From: Candidatus Eiseniibacteriota bacterium
GTDB lineage: Bacteria > Eisenbacteria > RBG-16-71-46
Length of the DNA: 64,000 nt
NCBI GenBank assembly: GCA_963776245.1
Contig: CAVZLN010000003.1
Coordinates: 416,001 to 480,000, forward strand
Direction of reading: 5' to 3'
A program made the position numbers and the translations under genes. Below are positions 8,231 to 18,684 of this stretch, in pieces. The notes beneath the pieces are model-generated. The model was not told where the DNA came from. It worked only from the letters and a program-made list of their open reading frames with translations, and searched no databases. Each line of letters begins with the position of its first letter. Position 1 is the first letter of the stretch.

Positions 8231-8984
8231 GGTCCATTACCTCCCGCGCCAGCTCCCGGTACGCGTCGGCGCCCGAGCTGTGTGGATCGTAGAGCACGAT
8301 CGGCTTGCCGAATGACGGCGCCTCGCTGAGTCTCACATTCCTCGGAATGACACTTCGATAGACGCGTTCCGCGAAGAACTTCCTGGCTTCGTCCGCGACC
8401 TGCTGAGACAGGTTCAACCGCGAGTCGAACATGGTGAGCAGCACCCCTTCGATCCGCAGCGACGGGTTGAGATGATCCTGGACCAGCCGGATGGCACCGA
8501 TGAGCTGCGTGAGTCCCTCGAGCGCAAGATACTCGCATTGGAGCGGGATGAGCACGGAGTCGGACGCGGTGAGCGAGTTCACCGTCAGCAGCCCGACGGA
8601 TGGCGGGCTGTCGATGAACACGTAGTCGTACTCGTCCCGGAGCGTCCCGATGCAGCTCCTCAGGCGCGCCTCGCGAGCCATCATGCCGACCAGCTCCACC
8701 TCGGCTCCCGCCAGCCGCTGTCCGGCCGGAACGAGGTCGAGATTCGCGAGGGCCGTCGGGACGACGGCCTCCCTGATGTCGACCTGACCGAGCAGCGCCT
8801 CGTAGATCGAATGGCGCTGATCGTTGCCGTTGATCCCCAGACCGCTCGAGCAGTTTCCCTGCGGGTCGATGTCGATCAGCAGGACGCGACGGCTCTCCTG
8901 GGCAAGGCACGCCCCCAGGTTGATGGCCGTGGTGGTCTTGCCAACGCCGCCCTTTTGGCTGGCGATCGAGATGACGCGTCCCAT
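8223..8984 (-). CDS. parA: Chromosome partitioning ATPase ParA/Soj
   Basis: Deviant Walker A QKGGVGKTTT, DIDPQGN, IPRNVRLSEAPSFG. Confidence 0.97.
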   Translation of the reverse strand: MGRVISIASQKGGVGKTTTAINLGACLAQESRRVLLIDIDPQGNCSSGLGINGNDQRHSIYEALLGQVDIREAVVPTALANLDLVPAGQRLAGAEVELVGMMAREARLRSCIGTLRDEYDYVFIDSPPSVGLLTVNSLTASDSVLIPLQCEYLALEGLTQLIGAIRLVQDHLNPSLRIEGVLLTMFDSRLNLSQQVADEARKFFAERVYRSVIPRNVRLSEAPSFGKPIVLYDPHSSGADAYRELAREVMDHA

Positions 8985-9067
8985 TCCCTGTCCGCGTGAG
9001 GGCAGCGGGCTGCCCTACTTGTGTGAGGTGAGGAGGTGATGAGGCGAGCGGCGGTGTTCCTGTCGGG

Positions 9068-9096
9068 AAGATAGCAACCGAGGGCCGCACGGACAA
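9068..9096 (-). promoter_or_regulatory. Putative sigma70 promoter of parAB
   Basis: Minus strand TTGTCC-17 bp-TATCTT with extended -10 TG. Confidence 0.55.
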
Positions 9097-9102
9097 GGGC
9101 GA

Positions 9103-9118
9103 TGTTCCACGTGGAACG
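9103..9118. promoter_or_regulatory. parS site upstream of parA
   Basis: TGTTCCACGTGGAACG palindrome matching the parS consensus. Confidence 0.9.
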
Positions 9119-9143
9119 CGCCGGTCATATCAATGCATCATGT

Positions 9144-10559
9144 TCAAAGTCTTTTGAATCGGACCACGGCTACCTGTCCGTCACCGATCTCCATCGAGCC
9201 CTCGTGGCTCCACCAGTCTCTCCAGGCCTGATCGGCTCGCATCTCCTCGACGTGGCGGCTGCCCTTCCAGAGGTATGCCGATCCTCCGCTCACCACGAGT
9301 TCGGCAGCCATCGCCAGCGTGGGTGCGAGCGGCAGCGTGGCGCGGGACGTGAATCCATCGAAGCGGCGAACGCCACCCCCAGTCGCGAGCATCGTCTCGA
9401 GGCGCTCGTTCACCACTTCGAAGTCGCGCAATTCCATGTCCTGGGCGACCCGGCGGAGGAAAAGCGTCTTGGTGCGGCGAGACTCCACCAGGGTCCACGT
9501 CTCTCCGACCCCGGCGAACTTCAGCGGGATCGCCGGGAGTCCTCCACCCGAGCCGAAGTCCAGCCAGTTCCGCGCGCCCGAGGACTTGAGCCAACGCGCG
9601 GGAGCGACCGATTCGGCCAGATGGCGGGACACCAACCGATTCTCGTCATTCTTGGATATCAGATTGGAGAAACTGCGGTTCCAGCTGATGAGCATGGCCG
9701 AGAAGCGCTTCAGCCTTGCGAGTGAGCCCTCGGGGTCAGCTCCGACCTGCTCGAGCAGCTGGCGGAGGGTGTCCCAATCCTGTCGGTCGAGCGTGCCCGA
9801 AGGGTCCCATGCCTTGAGCGGATCGGCGCCTCGCTCGACCTCCCCGGCCAGCAGCTGACGCTCGTCCTCGGGCGGCCCCGAACGCTTGCGTGTCGGGCGT
9901 TGCTGGCGCTTTGTCCGGTCGGGCCGCGCCGTCGGGCGCGACAGCGGCCGGGAGGCCTGCGCGCCGGACGTCCGGCCGCGAGCGCCGCCTCTCGGCTTCG
10001 ATGGAGCAGGCCGATCGGCGCGGGGACCGTCACTCCGCCGCGGCGACGAGGTCGGCTGGCCCGAGCGCGCGCGTCTTCCGCCGCGAGCGGTCCCCTCGGG
10101 GCGATAGCCAGCGCCGCTCGAGGCCGCACGATCGGATTCGTACCTGCGCCGCGAAGTCGGCGCGGCATTCCGAACGGGCCGTCCGGCGGTCCCGCGCGGG
10201 GAAGATGATGGGCGGGAGCCCGACCTGTAAGCTCCTCCGCGCGCAGCAAATGACGCCGATCGATCCGGTCTGGGGACCGCCTCGCGTGACGACCTGGGTG
10301 CGGAACGATCGGATCGGGAGCGGTCCCCGGTCCGCGTCTCGATGGACGGCTTGGCCAAGCGTCCCGTGCCGGCGCGCGGCGACGACCTGGCTCGTCCCGA
10401 CCGATACGAACCACCTCGCTGCGACTCGGTCTCCGAACGATCGCGCCGGACGGCGCCCGCGCGCGGGGACGACGCGGCGCGCCCGGACCTGGAGGATGGC
10501 CGGCGCGAGGCTGGGCCAGCATTGCGCGAAGATGGGCGGGGTCGATTCGCTCGGGTCAT
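9144..10559 (-). CDS. rsmG: 16S rRNA m7G methyltransferase RsmG with a long Arg/Ser-rich N-terminal extension
   Basis: WNRSFSNLIS, RHLAES, LDFGSGGGLPAIPL, LVESRRTKTLFL, TSRA motifs and position between mnmG and parA. Start uncertain; ATG 10559 chosen because TGcTAGAGT lies 8 nt upstream. Confidence 0.88.
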   Translation of the reverse strand: MTRANRPRPSSRNAGPASRRPSSRSGRAASSPRAGAVRRDRSETESQRGGSYRSGRARSSPRAGTGRLAKPSIETRTGDRSRSDRSAPRSSREAVPRPDRSASFAARGGAYRSGSRPSSSPRGTAGRPVRNAAPTSRRRYESDRAASSGAGYRPEGTARGGRRARSGQPTSSPRRSDGPRADRPAPSKPRGGARGRTSGAQASRPLSRPTARPDRTKRQQRPTRKRSGPPEDERQLLAGEVERGADPLKAWDPSGTLDRQDWDTLRQLLEQVGADPEGSLARLKRFSAMLISWNRSFSNLISKNDENRLVSRHLAESVAPARWLKSSGARNWLDFGSGGGLPAIPLKFAGVGETWTLVESRRTKTLFLRRVAQDMELRDFEVVNERLETMLATGGGVRRFDGFTSRATLPLAPTLAMAAELVVSGGSAYLWKGSRHVEEMRADQAWRDWWSHEGSMEIGDGQVAVVRFKRL

Positions 10560-10708
10560 GGAGCGGCACTCTAGCACAGGCCGCCGGGCCGGCCTTCGCG
10601 GCCTCTCGCGCAGCATCGCCTCTCGACACGAACCCGGTTCGCGTGTCCCCACCGGCGGGGCCGCGGCGGGGACCGGCATGCTCGGTGCCGGCGCGGGTTG
10701 ACGCCCTC

Positions 10709-12616
10709 TCAGCCGGGTCGCGCCGCCAGGCGCCGGGTGTGGACCATGAGCACCGCGATGTCCGCGGGCGATACCCCGGCGATGCGGGCGGCCTGCCCCG
10801 CGGTCGCGGGCCGCCAGCGCCGCAGCTTCTCGCGCGCTTCATGGGAGAGCCCGTTCATCTCGCTGGCCCACAAGGCCTCGGGCAGTTCCATCGCCTCGAG
10901 CGGCGCGGCGCGCCCGGCCGCGCTCTGCTCTCGCTCGATGTAGCCACGGTAGCGCGTTCGCACCTCGAGGCACTCCCCCCACGCCACCGGCAGCGCCGTG
11001 TCCACTCCCATCCCCGCGAGCGACGCGTAGGTCGCGCCCGGTCGCGCCAGGTGATCGAGCGCGCTCGTCACCGGAAGCGACGCCTCGGGCACCCGCACCG
11101 TCACGCGGGCCAGTCGCTGCTCCTCGGCTGCGAGCGCCGCCGTCTTGGCGCGCACCTGTTCGACCTGGGAGCGGTCGAGCAGACCGAGCGCGAAGCCGGT
11201 CTCCGCCAGTCTCTCGTCGGCGTTGTCCGCGCGCAGCAGCAGGCGGTGCTCGGCCGCGGAGGTGAACATCCGGTAGGGCTCGCGATGTTCGCGCGTGACC
11301 AGGTCGTCCACCAGCACGCCGATGTACGCCTGGTCGCGGCGCAGCACGAACGGCGGCTCACCCCGCACCCGCCGGGCCGCGTTCACGCCCGCCACGAAGC
11401 CCTGGGCGGCGGCCTCCTCGTAGCCCGAGGTGCCGCAGATCTGCCCGGCCAGGTAGAGGCCCGGGAGGTGCTTCACCTCGAGCGTCGGCCGGAGCTGGTG
11501 GGGGAGCACGAAGTCGTATTCCACGGCATATCCGGGCCGCATCATCTCGGCGTGTTCGAGCCCGGGCACGGTGCGCACGAATTCGAGCTGCACCTCTTCG
11601 GGGAGGCTGGTGGAGAGCCCGTTCACGTAGAACTCGGGCACGTCGCGCCCCTCGGGTTCGACGAAGATCGGGTGCGAGTCCTTCCCCGGGAACCGCACCA
11701 CCTTGTCCTCGATCGACGGGCAGTAACGCGGTCCGGTGCCGCGGATGTCGCCCGAGAACAGCGGTGAGTGCCGCAGGTTCTCGCGGATGACCGCGTGGGT
11801 GCGCGCGTGGGTGCGCGCCAGCCAGCACGGCATCTGCTGGCCCGCGATGCGCTCGGTCCAGTGGGAGAGCGGACGCGGCGGGTCGTCCCCGTGCTGCGGG
11901 GTCATCGCATCGAAGTCCAGCGAGTCGCGGTGGAGGCGCGGCGGCGTGCCGGTCTTGAGCCGGCCGCGTTCGAGCCCGAGGTCCGCGAGGCACTCGCTGA
12001 GCGCGCGCGCCGCATGCTCGCCGAGCCGACCGCCTTCGAGCCGCCGCGGCCCGATGTGGATCAGCCCATTGAGGAAGGTGCCGGGGGTGATCACCAGCGC
12101 GCGGCAGCGCAACCGCCTCCCGTCGGCCAGTTCGAGCGCCGCCACCGCGCCCCGTTCCACCACCACCCGCTGCGCGAGGCCCGCGATCCGCGTCAGCCCG
12201 GGGATCGCGTCGAGCATCCGCGCCATCTCGACCGGATAGCGCGGCTTGTCGCACTGCGCGCGCGGCGACCACACCGCCGGGCCGCGACCGCGGTTCAGCA
12301 TCCTGAACTGGATGCCGGCGCGGTCGGTGACCCGAGCCATCAGGCCGCCGAGCGCATCCAGCTCCCGCACCATGTGGCCCTTGGCGATGCCCCCGATGGC
12401 CGGATTGCACGACATGCGGGCGCTGTCGTCGAGGTTCGCCGAGAGCAACGCGGTGGGGAGCCCCATCCGCGCGCAGGCCGCGGCCGCCTCGCACCCCGCG
12501 TGCCCGGCGCCCACCACCACGATGTCGAATACGCCCTCGCCGGTGGCGAGGATCGCGCCGCTCGGGAGGCCTGCCGGGACCGGTCCGCCCCGGTCGATCA
12601 TGCGCGCGTCCGTCAC
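10709..12616 (-). CDS. mnmG: tRNA U34 modification enzyme MnmG/GidA
   Basis: [49 protein letters not shown]. Confidence 0.97.
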   Translation of the reverse strand: MTDARMIDRGGPVPAGLPSGAILATGEGVFDIVVVGAGHAGCEAAAACARMGLPTALLSANLDDSARMSCNPAIGGIAKGHMVRELDALGGLMARVTDRAGIQFRMLNRGRGPAVWSPRAQCDKPRYPVEMARMLDAIPGLTRIAGLAQRVVVERGAVAALELADGRRLRCRALVITPGTFLNGLIHIGPRRLEGGRLGEHAARALSECLADLGLERGRLKTGTPPRLHRDSLDFDAMTPQHGDDPPRPLSHWTERIAGQQMPCWLARTHARTHAVIRENLRHSPLFSGDIRGTGPRYCPSIEDKVVRFPGKDSHPIFVEPEGRDVPEFYVNGLSTSLPEEVQLEFVRTVPGLEHAEMMRPGYAVEYDFVLPHQLRPTLEVKHLPGLYLAGQICGTSGYEEAAAQGFVAGVNAARRVRGEPPFVLRRDQAYIGVLVDDLVTREHREPYRMFTSAAEHRLLLRADNADERLAETGFALGLLDRSQVEQVRAKTAALAAEEQRLARVTVRVPEASLPVTSALDHLARPGATYASLAGMGVDTALPVAWGECLEVRTRYRGYIEREQSAAGRAAPLEAMELPEALWASEMNGLSHEAREKLRRWRPATAGQAARIAGVSPADIAVLMVHTRRLAARPG

Positions 12617-14025
12617 TTGCCGACGCAGAAGCGCGCGAAGATGCGTTCGAGCAGATCGTCCTCGACGCAGCGTCCGGTGACCGCGCCGAGCGCGCCCAGC
12701 GCGTCCCGCACCCGTGCGGCGACGATCTCGCCCGGCGCGCCCGCGTGCGCCTCGGCGGCGGCCGCCGCGAGCGCGTCGCGCGCCTCGCCGAGGGCCTCGA
12801 GGTGGCGGGGGTTGCTCGCCGCCACGCCCACGCCGCCTTCGCCGCGGTGCACCCCCAGCAGGTCCGCGATCGCGGAGCGGAGCGCGTCGATCCCGTCACC
12901 CCGCAGCGCGCTGGCCTCGACGACGCGGTGCTCGCCGCCTTCCAGCAGAGCCACCACCTCGACCACCCCCACCACGGCCCCGCGATCGCGCTGGTTCAGC
13001 ACCGCCACCACGCGCCGGCCGGCGAGCGAGCCGGCCAGCGCGTGGTCATCCTCCGTCAGCGGCGCCGCGCCGTCGATCACCCAGACGAGGAGCCCGCTCT
13101 CCGCCAGCGCCACCCGGGAGCGCTCCACCCCGAGTGCCTCGGCCCCGTCGGCCGCGGCTCGCAGGCCGGCGGTATCGGAGAGCATCACTCGCACGCCCTC
13201 GATCTCGACCGCCTCGCTCACGCGGTCGCGCGTGGTGCCGGGCAGCGGCGTGACGATGGCTCGGTCCTCGCCGACCAGCGCGTTGAAGAGCGACGACTTC
13301 CCGACGTTCGGGCGCCCGACGATGGGCACCCGCAGTCCCGCCCGCACCGCCGCGAGTCCCCGGGAGCGCTCGAGCAACGCCGCCAGGCCGGCGGCCGCCT
13401 CCGTCAGGGTCGCGGCCGCCTGCGGCGGCACCTCGATGCCGCCGACGTCCTCGGCGAAGTCCACGCGGGCCTCGATCTCGGCGCGCACGTCCGCCAGCCG
13501 GGCTTCGAGCTCCGCCAGCGTGCGCGCGAGACCGCCGGCCACCTGGTCGAGCGCCAGCGCGCGCGCCGCCTCGGTCTCCGCGGCGATCAGGTCGGCCACC
13601 GCCTCGGCCTGGGCGAGGTCGAGCCGGCCATTCAGGAATGCCCGGAGCGTGAATTCGCCCGGCCCGGCGAGGCGCGCGCCGGCCGCCAGCAGGGCTTCGA
13701 GAACGCGCGCGGCCGGAAGCCGGCCGCCGTGGCACGACAGCTCGACCACGTCCTCGCGAGTGTACGAGCGCGGGGCACGGAACACGGCCGCCACCACTTC
13801 GTCGAGCCGTGCTTCCGGGTCCGGAGCGCCGGCATCCGCGCCCGCCACCACCCAGCCGTGGCGCAGCGTGTGGCCGGGAGCCGCGGCGAGCGCGCCGCGT
13901 CCCCGGAACACCGCGTCCGCGCAGGCGAGCGCGCGGGGGCCGCTCACGCGCACCACGGCGAGCCCGGCGGAGCCCGCCGCGGTGGCGAGGGCGGCGATGG
14001 TGTCATCGAGCGCGTAGAACCCCAT
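12613..14025 (-). CDS. mnmE: tRNA modification GTPase MnmE/TrmE
   Basis: [38 protein letters not shown]-terminal FCVGK. Confidence 0.97.
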   Translation of the reverse strand: MGFYALDDTIAALATAAGSAGLAVVRVSGPRALACADAVFRGRGALAAAPGHTLRHGWVVAGADAGAPDPEARLDEVVAAVFRAPRSYTREDVVELSCHGGRLPAARVLEALLAAGARLAGPGEFTLRAFLNGRLDLAQAEAVADLIAAETEAARALALDQVAGGLARTLAELEARLADVRAEIEARVDFAEDVGGIEVPPQAAATLTEAAAGLAALLERSRGLAAVRAGLRVPIVGRPNVGKSSLFNALVGEDRAIVTPLPGTTRDRVSEAVEIEGVRVMLSDTAGLRAAADGAEALGVERSRVALAESGLLVWVIDGAAPLTEDDHALAGSLAGRRVVAVLNQRDRGAVVGVVEVVALLEGGEHRVVEASALRGDGIDALRSAIADLLGVHRGEGGVGVAASNPRHLEALGEARDALAAAAAEAHAGAPGEIVAARVRDALGALGAVTGRCVEDDLLERIFARFCVGK

Positions 14026-14090
14026 GTCCCCTCATGACGGAACGGCGCCGGGCTCGGTGGGAACCCGGCGCCGGGACCGCCTTGGCCGGC

Positions 14091-15671
14091 CTAGTCCCCG
14101 TCGCGCGGGCCCTCGGGGAAATCCGCTGGGGCGACCGCCAGGCGTTTGATCAGGCCGGTGCCGAGCGCGTACGTCTTCACCCGCGCGTCGTCGCGCAGGG
14201 TCACGTGGATGATGCGGCGCTCCTGGGAGTTCAGGTACTCGCTCAGCGCCTCGGAGTTGCTGGCGAGCGCCTCCTCGGCGAGCGCGCGCGCCACCGCTTC
14301 CAGTTCGGCCTCCCGATCCTTCCAGAAGTCATTGATCTCGAGTTGGAGGTGATACTGAGAGCCCCCGCCCTTGTTGATCATGCGATTGAGGATGTGTTGG
14401 AGCGCCTGTCGCGTCTCACCCTTGCGCCCGTTGAGCATCTCCTCGTCGTCCGACACGGTGGCCACCACATCCACGTGATCGCCGGTGGCCGACGCTTCGA
14501 CCTGGGCCTCGAATCCCATGTGCTGGAGGAACTCCACGGTGATGCGACGGCCCTCGGCCGCCAGTGCTTCTTCGGACATCGTCCCCTCCGGCGCACGCTC
14601 GGTCCGGGTGGCGACCGGGGCCTGCGCTTCATGGTCCGGGTAGGAATCCTCGCGATCGTACGCCACCGGTGCGCCCGCGGTCGGGTCGGGCTCGCGAGGC
14701 GCGGTGGTCTCGAGCGCCGCGCTGGGATCCACGTCCTCGTGGGCTTCGAATGCCTCGGCACTCTCGAACGACGGTGTGCTCGCGCCGGGAATCATCACGC
14801 TCTCGCCCGGCTCGCGCTTGCGGCCCCGCCCGCCGCGACGTCCGCGGCGACGGCGCCGTTTGAGGTCCGTCTCGCCGCCGTTGTCCGGCCCCACCGCATC
14901 CGGCGTCCCCAGGAAGGGTTCGGGGGTCGGCGCCGCTTCACGAGCGGGCGCCGGCTGCGGCTCCCGTTCGGAACGCGGGCGTCGCTCCTCGCGCGGGCCC
15001 CGTGGCTCGCGCGGCTCCTGTGAAGCGCGCGGGCTGGGCGCCTCGCGGGACTCCCCGGGCTCACGGGGTGCTGCCCGATCGACGGCTTCGCGGGGCTCTC
15101 GAGCCACGCGCGGAGCACCGCCTTCGCGCTGTCCACGCGTCTCCCGCGGCCCTCGGGAGTCCCGCGGCCCGCGAGCCTCGCGTGGTCCTCGGGACTCCCG
15201 CGGCCCGGCGCCCTCACGGCCGTCACGCGGACGATCGTCATCGCGACGGCGCTCGCCGCCGTGGCGGCGCTCGTCCCCCGCCGTCGCCGGCCGCCCGCCC
15301 GGACGCGGACGCTCGTCCTCACGACGGCGTTCGCCGCCGTGGCGGCGCTCGTCGCGCCCTCCCCGGCCGCCCTCGCCCTGCGGGCGGCGCCCGTCACGGC
15401 CACCGCGTCCGCCGTCGCGCTCGGTGCCCCTGCGACCGCGGCGCCCGTCCCGCTCGCGGCCTCCGCGGTCGTCCGGTTCGCGCGGCGCGCCCCCCGGGCG
15501 CGGCTGGACACGCACCTTGAACGGCCTCGCGCCGAATCCCAGGAAACCACCCGAGCCTTCGGACAGCACGGTGATCATGGCCTCGGCGCGCGGCAGTCGG
15601 AGCGCGTCGAGGCCCTTGCGGACCGCGTCATCCAGCGTCTTGCCTTCGAAGATGGAGCCGTCAGGGCTCAT
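14091..15671 (-). CDS. khpB: RNA-binding protein KhpB/Jag (Jag_N, KH, R3H) with a long disordered linker
   Basis: EGKTLDDAV...GGFLGFGARP Jag_N, GRKGETRQALQ KH-like, ERRIIH R3H; located after yidC. ATG 15671 follows AGGAGA. Confidence 0.9.
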   Translation of the reverse strand: MSPDGSIFEGKTLDDAVRKGLDALRLPRAEAMITVLSEGSGGFLGFGARPFKVRVQPRPGGAPREPDDRGGRERDGRRGRRGTERDGGRGGRDGRRPQGEGGRGGRDERRHGGERRREDERPRPGGRPATAGDERRHGGERRRDDDRPRDGREGAGPRESRGPREARGPRDSRGPRETRGQREGGAPRVAREPREAVDRAAPREPGESREAPSPRASQEPREPRGPREERRPRSEREPQPAPAREAAPTPEPFLGTPDAVGPDNGGETDLKRRRRRGRRGGRGRKREPGESVMIPGASTPSFESAEAFEAHEDVDPSAALETTAPREPDPTAGAPVAYDREDSYPDHEAQAPVATRTERAPEGTMSEEALAAEGRRITVEFLQHMGFEAQVEASATGDHVDVVATVSDDEEMLNGRKGETRQALQHILNRMINKGGGSQYHLQLEINDFWKDREAELEAVARALAEEALASNSEALSEYLNSQERRIIHVTLRDDARVKTYALGTGLIKRLAVAPADFPEGPRDGD

Positions 15672-15948
15672 GAGACTCTCCTGCGCCGCGGGGGGCGTCG
15701 CGTGCGTGCACGCGCCACGTTCCGCGGGAAGCGGTTCAGACACGGGCGGCGCGGGGCGCGGGTGGCGCGCGGGACCACGCGAAGCGTCGCGTGCGTTGAG
15801 AGGGATCCCGGCTGCCTTTCCATCGCGCGGCCACGGGCCGCGGTTCGAGACTTCCTAGGGTACTTCGCCGCGCCTTCCATGGCTACGGTCACCGTCGAGA
15901 TCGCCGCGCGGCGCCGCGGATCCTCTCCCGCGCCGCAGGTCGGGGGGA

Positions 15949-17781
15949 TCAGCGTCCCCTGGCGCGACGCTTGGAGGCGTCGCGGTCCTCCACCACCACG
16001 GCCACCGACGCACCGCCGTCCGAGCGCAGTGCCATCCACTGCTGCAGGGCGGTGAGCACGTTCATCCAGGTCCAGTAGAGCACCAGGCCCGACGGCAGGT
16101 TGTAGAAGAACACGAGCATCATGAGGTTCATCATGTACATCGTCGGCGCCTGCCGCGGATCGGTCGGCGTCATCTTCTGGGACAGGAACCCGGAGCCGGC
16201 CATCAACAGCGGCAGCAGGCGGATCGGGAGCGGAAGGCCGGGGACCTGGAACAGCACGTCGGGCGCGGACAGGTCGGTCATCCAGGCGACGAACGGCGCC
16301 TGGCGCAACTCGATGGCGTTGAACAGGACCTGGTAGAGCGCGAGGAACAGCGGCATCTGCAGGAGCATCGGGAGACAGCCGCCCGCCGGATTGACCTTGT
16401 TCTCCTTGTAGAGCGCCATCATCGCGGTGTTCATCGCCTGCGGATCGTCCTTGTACTTCTCGCGCACGCGCTCGATCTCGGGCTGCAGGCGCTGCATCGC
16501 GCGCATGCTCTTGATGCTCGTCATGTTGAGCGGGTGGAGCAGCAGGCGCACGAGGGTGGAGAGCAGCAGGATGGCCACGCCGTAGTTCCGGAACAGGCCG
16601 AACAGCATGTTGATGACCTTGAGCAGCAGGGTGCTCACCGGCAACAGCCAGTTCCAGCCCATGTCCACCGCGCGCTCGAGCTCCACCTTGAGCGCCGCGA
16701 GCCGGAAGTAATCGCTGGGGCCCACGTACACGATGAAGCGGTCCGGGGCGGCGTCCGCACCCGGCAGGCCCATGACCAGCGCGTTCGACGCGACCGGCTC
16801 TTCGGGCTTGGTGCCCCGCGGGAGGAAGCGCAACTGCGCGTCGTCGAAGGGCCGCATCCCGGCGGAGCCGATGACCCCGCGCGCCACCCCGCGCTCCACC
16901 GCGGCCGCGGAGAGGAAGTACCGGGTCTGGACCCCGGCCCACTTCACGCTCCCGTCGAACCGCTTCGGGCCCTTGAGCAGTCCGTTCGCCGATTCACGCC
17001 GGACGTTCTTGCCCAGCATGCTCGACGCTCGCAGCATGCGCACGTCCGCTTGGAAATCGTGCTCCGTGAGTGTCGGCCACGAGCGCATGACGAGCGAATA
17101 ATCGTCGAGCCGCCATGCCGAGGGCACCCCGCGCACCTCGACCTCGAGGTCGAGGGCGTAGTCGTTCGGCCGCGCGCGCCAGGTCTGTCTCACCCGCGCG
17201 CCCGCGCTGTCGACCGCGGTGAAGGTGAGCGCGCGCGTGGCGCCCGAGGCGTCCGCGCTCTCGGCCACCACGTACACCACGGCGCCGAGCGGGCGCAGCC
17301 CGACACCCGAGCCGAGATCGATCCCGAACACCGGCCCGCCCGCGAGTGTCACACGGTGACCCTCGGCCACGTCCTTGCCATGCGGGTGCGGGGGGCTCGG
17401 GCGCCCGGTCGGATCGAACGCGCCGGCGTAACGCTTGAGCTCGACTGACAGCAGCCGCGCGCCACGGCTGGAGAAGGTGGCGCGGTAGAGGGGCGTCTCG
17501 ATGTGGTACGCGCGCTCGAGCGCGGCCGTCGCGGGCTTGAAGACCGTCGCCGAGAGCTCGGTGGGGCCAGGCGGCGTCGCGAGGCGCACGCTCGACTCGG
17601 TGTCGCCGATGGCGGGGGCTTCGCGCACGCCGCTGTCGGGCCGGGCGGGCCCGGCGGCGGGCGGGACGGAGCGGCGCGTGGGCTCGAGGTACTGGCCCAT
17701 GCCCGCCATGCGCATGATGGGCTGCCAGAACAGGATGAGCAGCATGCACAGCGCGATGACAGCGAGATTCTTGCGGTCCAT
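15949..17781 (-). CDS. yidC: Membrane protein insertase YidC
   Basis: NYGVAILLL, NPAGGCLPMLLQMP, W..DLSAPD, PSGLVLYW. Confidence 0.97.
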   Translation of the reverse strand: MDRKNLAVIALCMLLILFWQPIMRMAGMGQYLEPTRRSVPPAAGPARPDSGVREAPAIGDTESSVRLATPPGPTELSATVFKPATAALERAYHIETPLYRATFSSRGARLLSVELKRYAGAFDPTGRPSPPHPHGKDVAEGHRVTLAGGPVFGIDLGSGVGLRPLGAVVYVVAESADASGATRALTFTAVDSAGARVRQTWRARPNDYALDLEVEVRGVPSAWRLDDYSLVMRSWPTLTEHDFQADVRMLRASSMLGKNVRRESANGLLKGPKRFDGSVKWAGVQTRYFLSAAAVERGVARGVIGSAGMRPFDDAQLRFLPRGTKPEEPVASNALVMGLPGADAAPDRFIVYVGPSDYFRLAALKVELERAVDMGWNWLLPVSTLLLKVINMLFGLFRNYGVAILLLSTLVRLLLHPLNMTSIKSMRAMQRLQPEIERVREKYKDDPQAMNTAMMALYKENKVNPAGGCLPMLLQMPLFLALYQVLFNAIELRQAPFVAWMTDLSAPDVLFQVPGLPLPIRLLPLLMAGSGFLSQKMTPTDPRQAPTMYMMNLMMLVFFYNLPSGLVLYWTWMNVLTALQQWMALRSDGGASVAVVVEDRDASKRRARGR

Positions 17782-17784
17782 GGG

Positions 17785-18006
17785 TCAGGGCACCGGGTCG
17801 TATCCGCTCGCGCCCAGCGGGTGGCAACGCGCGACGCGGCGCGCGGCCAGCCACAGGCCGACCGCGACGCCGTGGCGAGCCACGGCATCGTGGGCGTAGG
17901 CGGAACAGGTGGGGTGGAAGCGGCATGCGCCCCGCCACGAGGACGGGACGATCCGCTGATAACCGCGGATCAGGTGCAGCACGAGCGCGCGGCCCACGTC
18001 AGGCAT
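17785..18006 (-). CDS. yidD: Membrane protein insertion efficiency factor YidD
   Basis: IRGYQ...CRFHPTCSAY...RVARCHP...GYDPVP. Confidence 0.93.
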   Translation of the reverse strand: MPDVGRALVLHLIRGYQRIVPSSWRGACRFHPTCSAYAHDAVARHGVAVGLWLAARRVARCHPLGASGYDPVP

Positions 18007-18385
18007 CGAGCCCCTCGGGAGGCGCCAGCGCATCGGCGCGCTCGAGCAGCGACTCGACGTCGCTGGCCAATTCCTGGTGCGGCGCGTTCAGGGTGGAGCG
18101 AAAGGCCACGAATACCATCCAGCGCCCCGTCTGGGGCATGCGCGGGAAGCGGCGGCGCACGATCTCGCGCAGGCGCCGGCGCGCGCGGTTGCGCTGCACC
18201 GATCCCCCCACGCCCTTGCGGCTCGCCACGAACCCCACCCGTGTGGGCTCGCCCGGTTGCTCGATCGCGAGGAGCAGACAGTGACGGCCGCGCAGCGCGT
18301 CGGCCCGTGACTTGACGGCCGCGTATTCGCGCATGGTGCGCAGGCGCCGGTCGCGATCCCAGCGTTCCGGATGACGGTCGGTCAT
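17999..18385 (-). CDS. rnpA: Ribonuclease P protein component
   Basis: RVGFVASRKGVGGSVQRNRARRRLRE (RNR motif); lies between rpmH and yidD. Confidence 0.93.
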   Translation of the reverse strand: MTDRHPERWDRDRRLRTMREYAAVKSRADALRGRHCLLLAIEQPGEPTRVGFVASRKGVGGSVQRNRARRRLREIVRRRFPRMPQTGRWMVFVAFRSTLNAPHQELASDVESLLERADALAPPEGLDA

Positions 18386-18492
18386 GCCGCTCCACCCTGG
18401 AACCGTCGCAAGGCCCGGCGCAGGCTCAGCGCTCCGGCGTGCGGGCGCGAGACTCGCGAAGCCGTACGACAAGGACGGGCGTCCGGGGAGGA

Positions 18493-18636
18493 CTACTGGT
18501 CGGAGACGGTCAGCCGTTTCCGGCCGCGAGCGCGACGAGCCGCGATGATCTTGCGGCCGCCCTTGGTCGACATGCGCGCGCGGAAACCGTGCGTCTTGAA
18601 CTTGTGGCGATTGCGGGGACGGAACGTGCGCTTCAT
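18493..18636 (-). CDS. rpmH: 50S ribosomal protein L34
   Basis: Hand translation [47 protein letters not shown] (47 aa; absent from the ORF track). Confidence 0.97.
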   Translation of the reverse strand: MKRTFRPRNRHKFKTHGFRARMSTKGGRKIIAARRARGRKRLTVSDQ

Positions 18637-18684
18637 GGGGACGGATACTCCAGGAGACAGGGTAGGTCGTCGATGAGGCGTGCC

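Noticed and set aside
9134..9146. TGCATCATGTTCA as a third LexA box near parS
   Set aside because: The spacer is 3 rather than 4 nt and both arms have mismatches.
15672..15948. yidC-khpB spacer with long-range pairing (GAGAGGATCC/GGATCCCTCTC)
   Set aside because: A single helix in GC-rich DNA is not enough to call a leader RNA.
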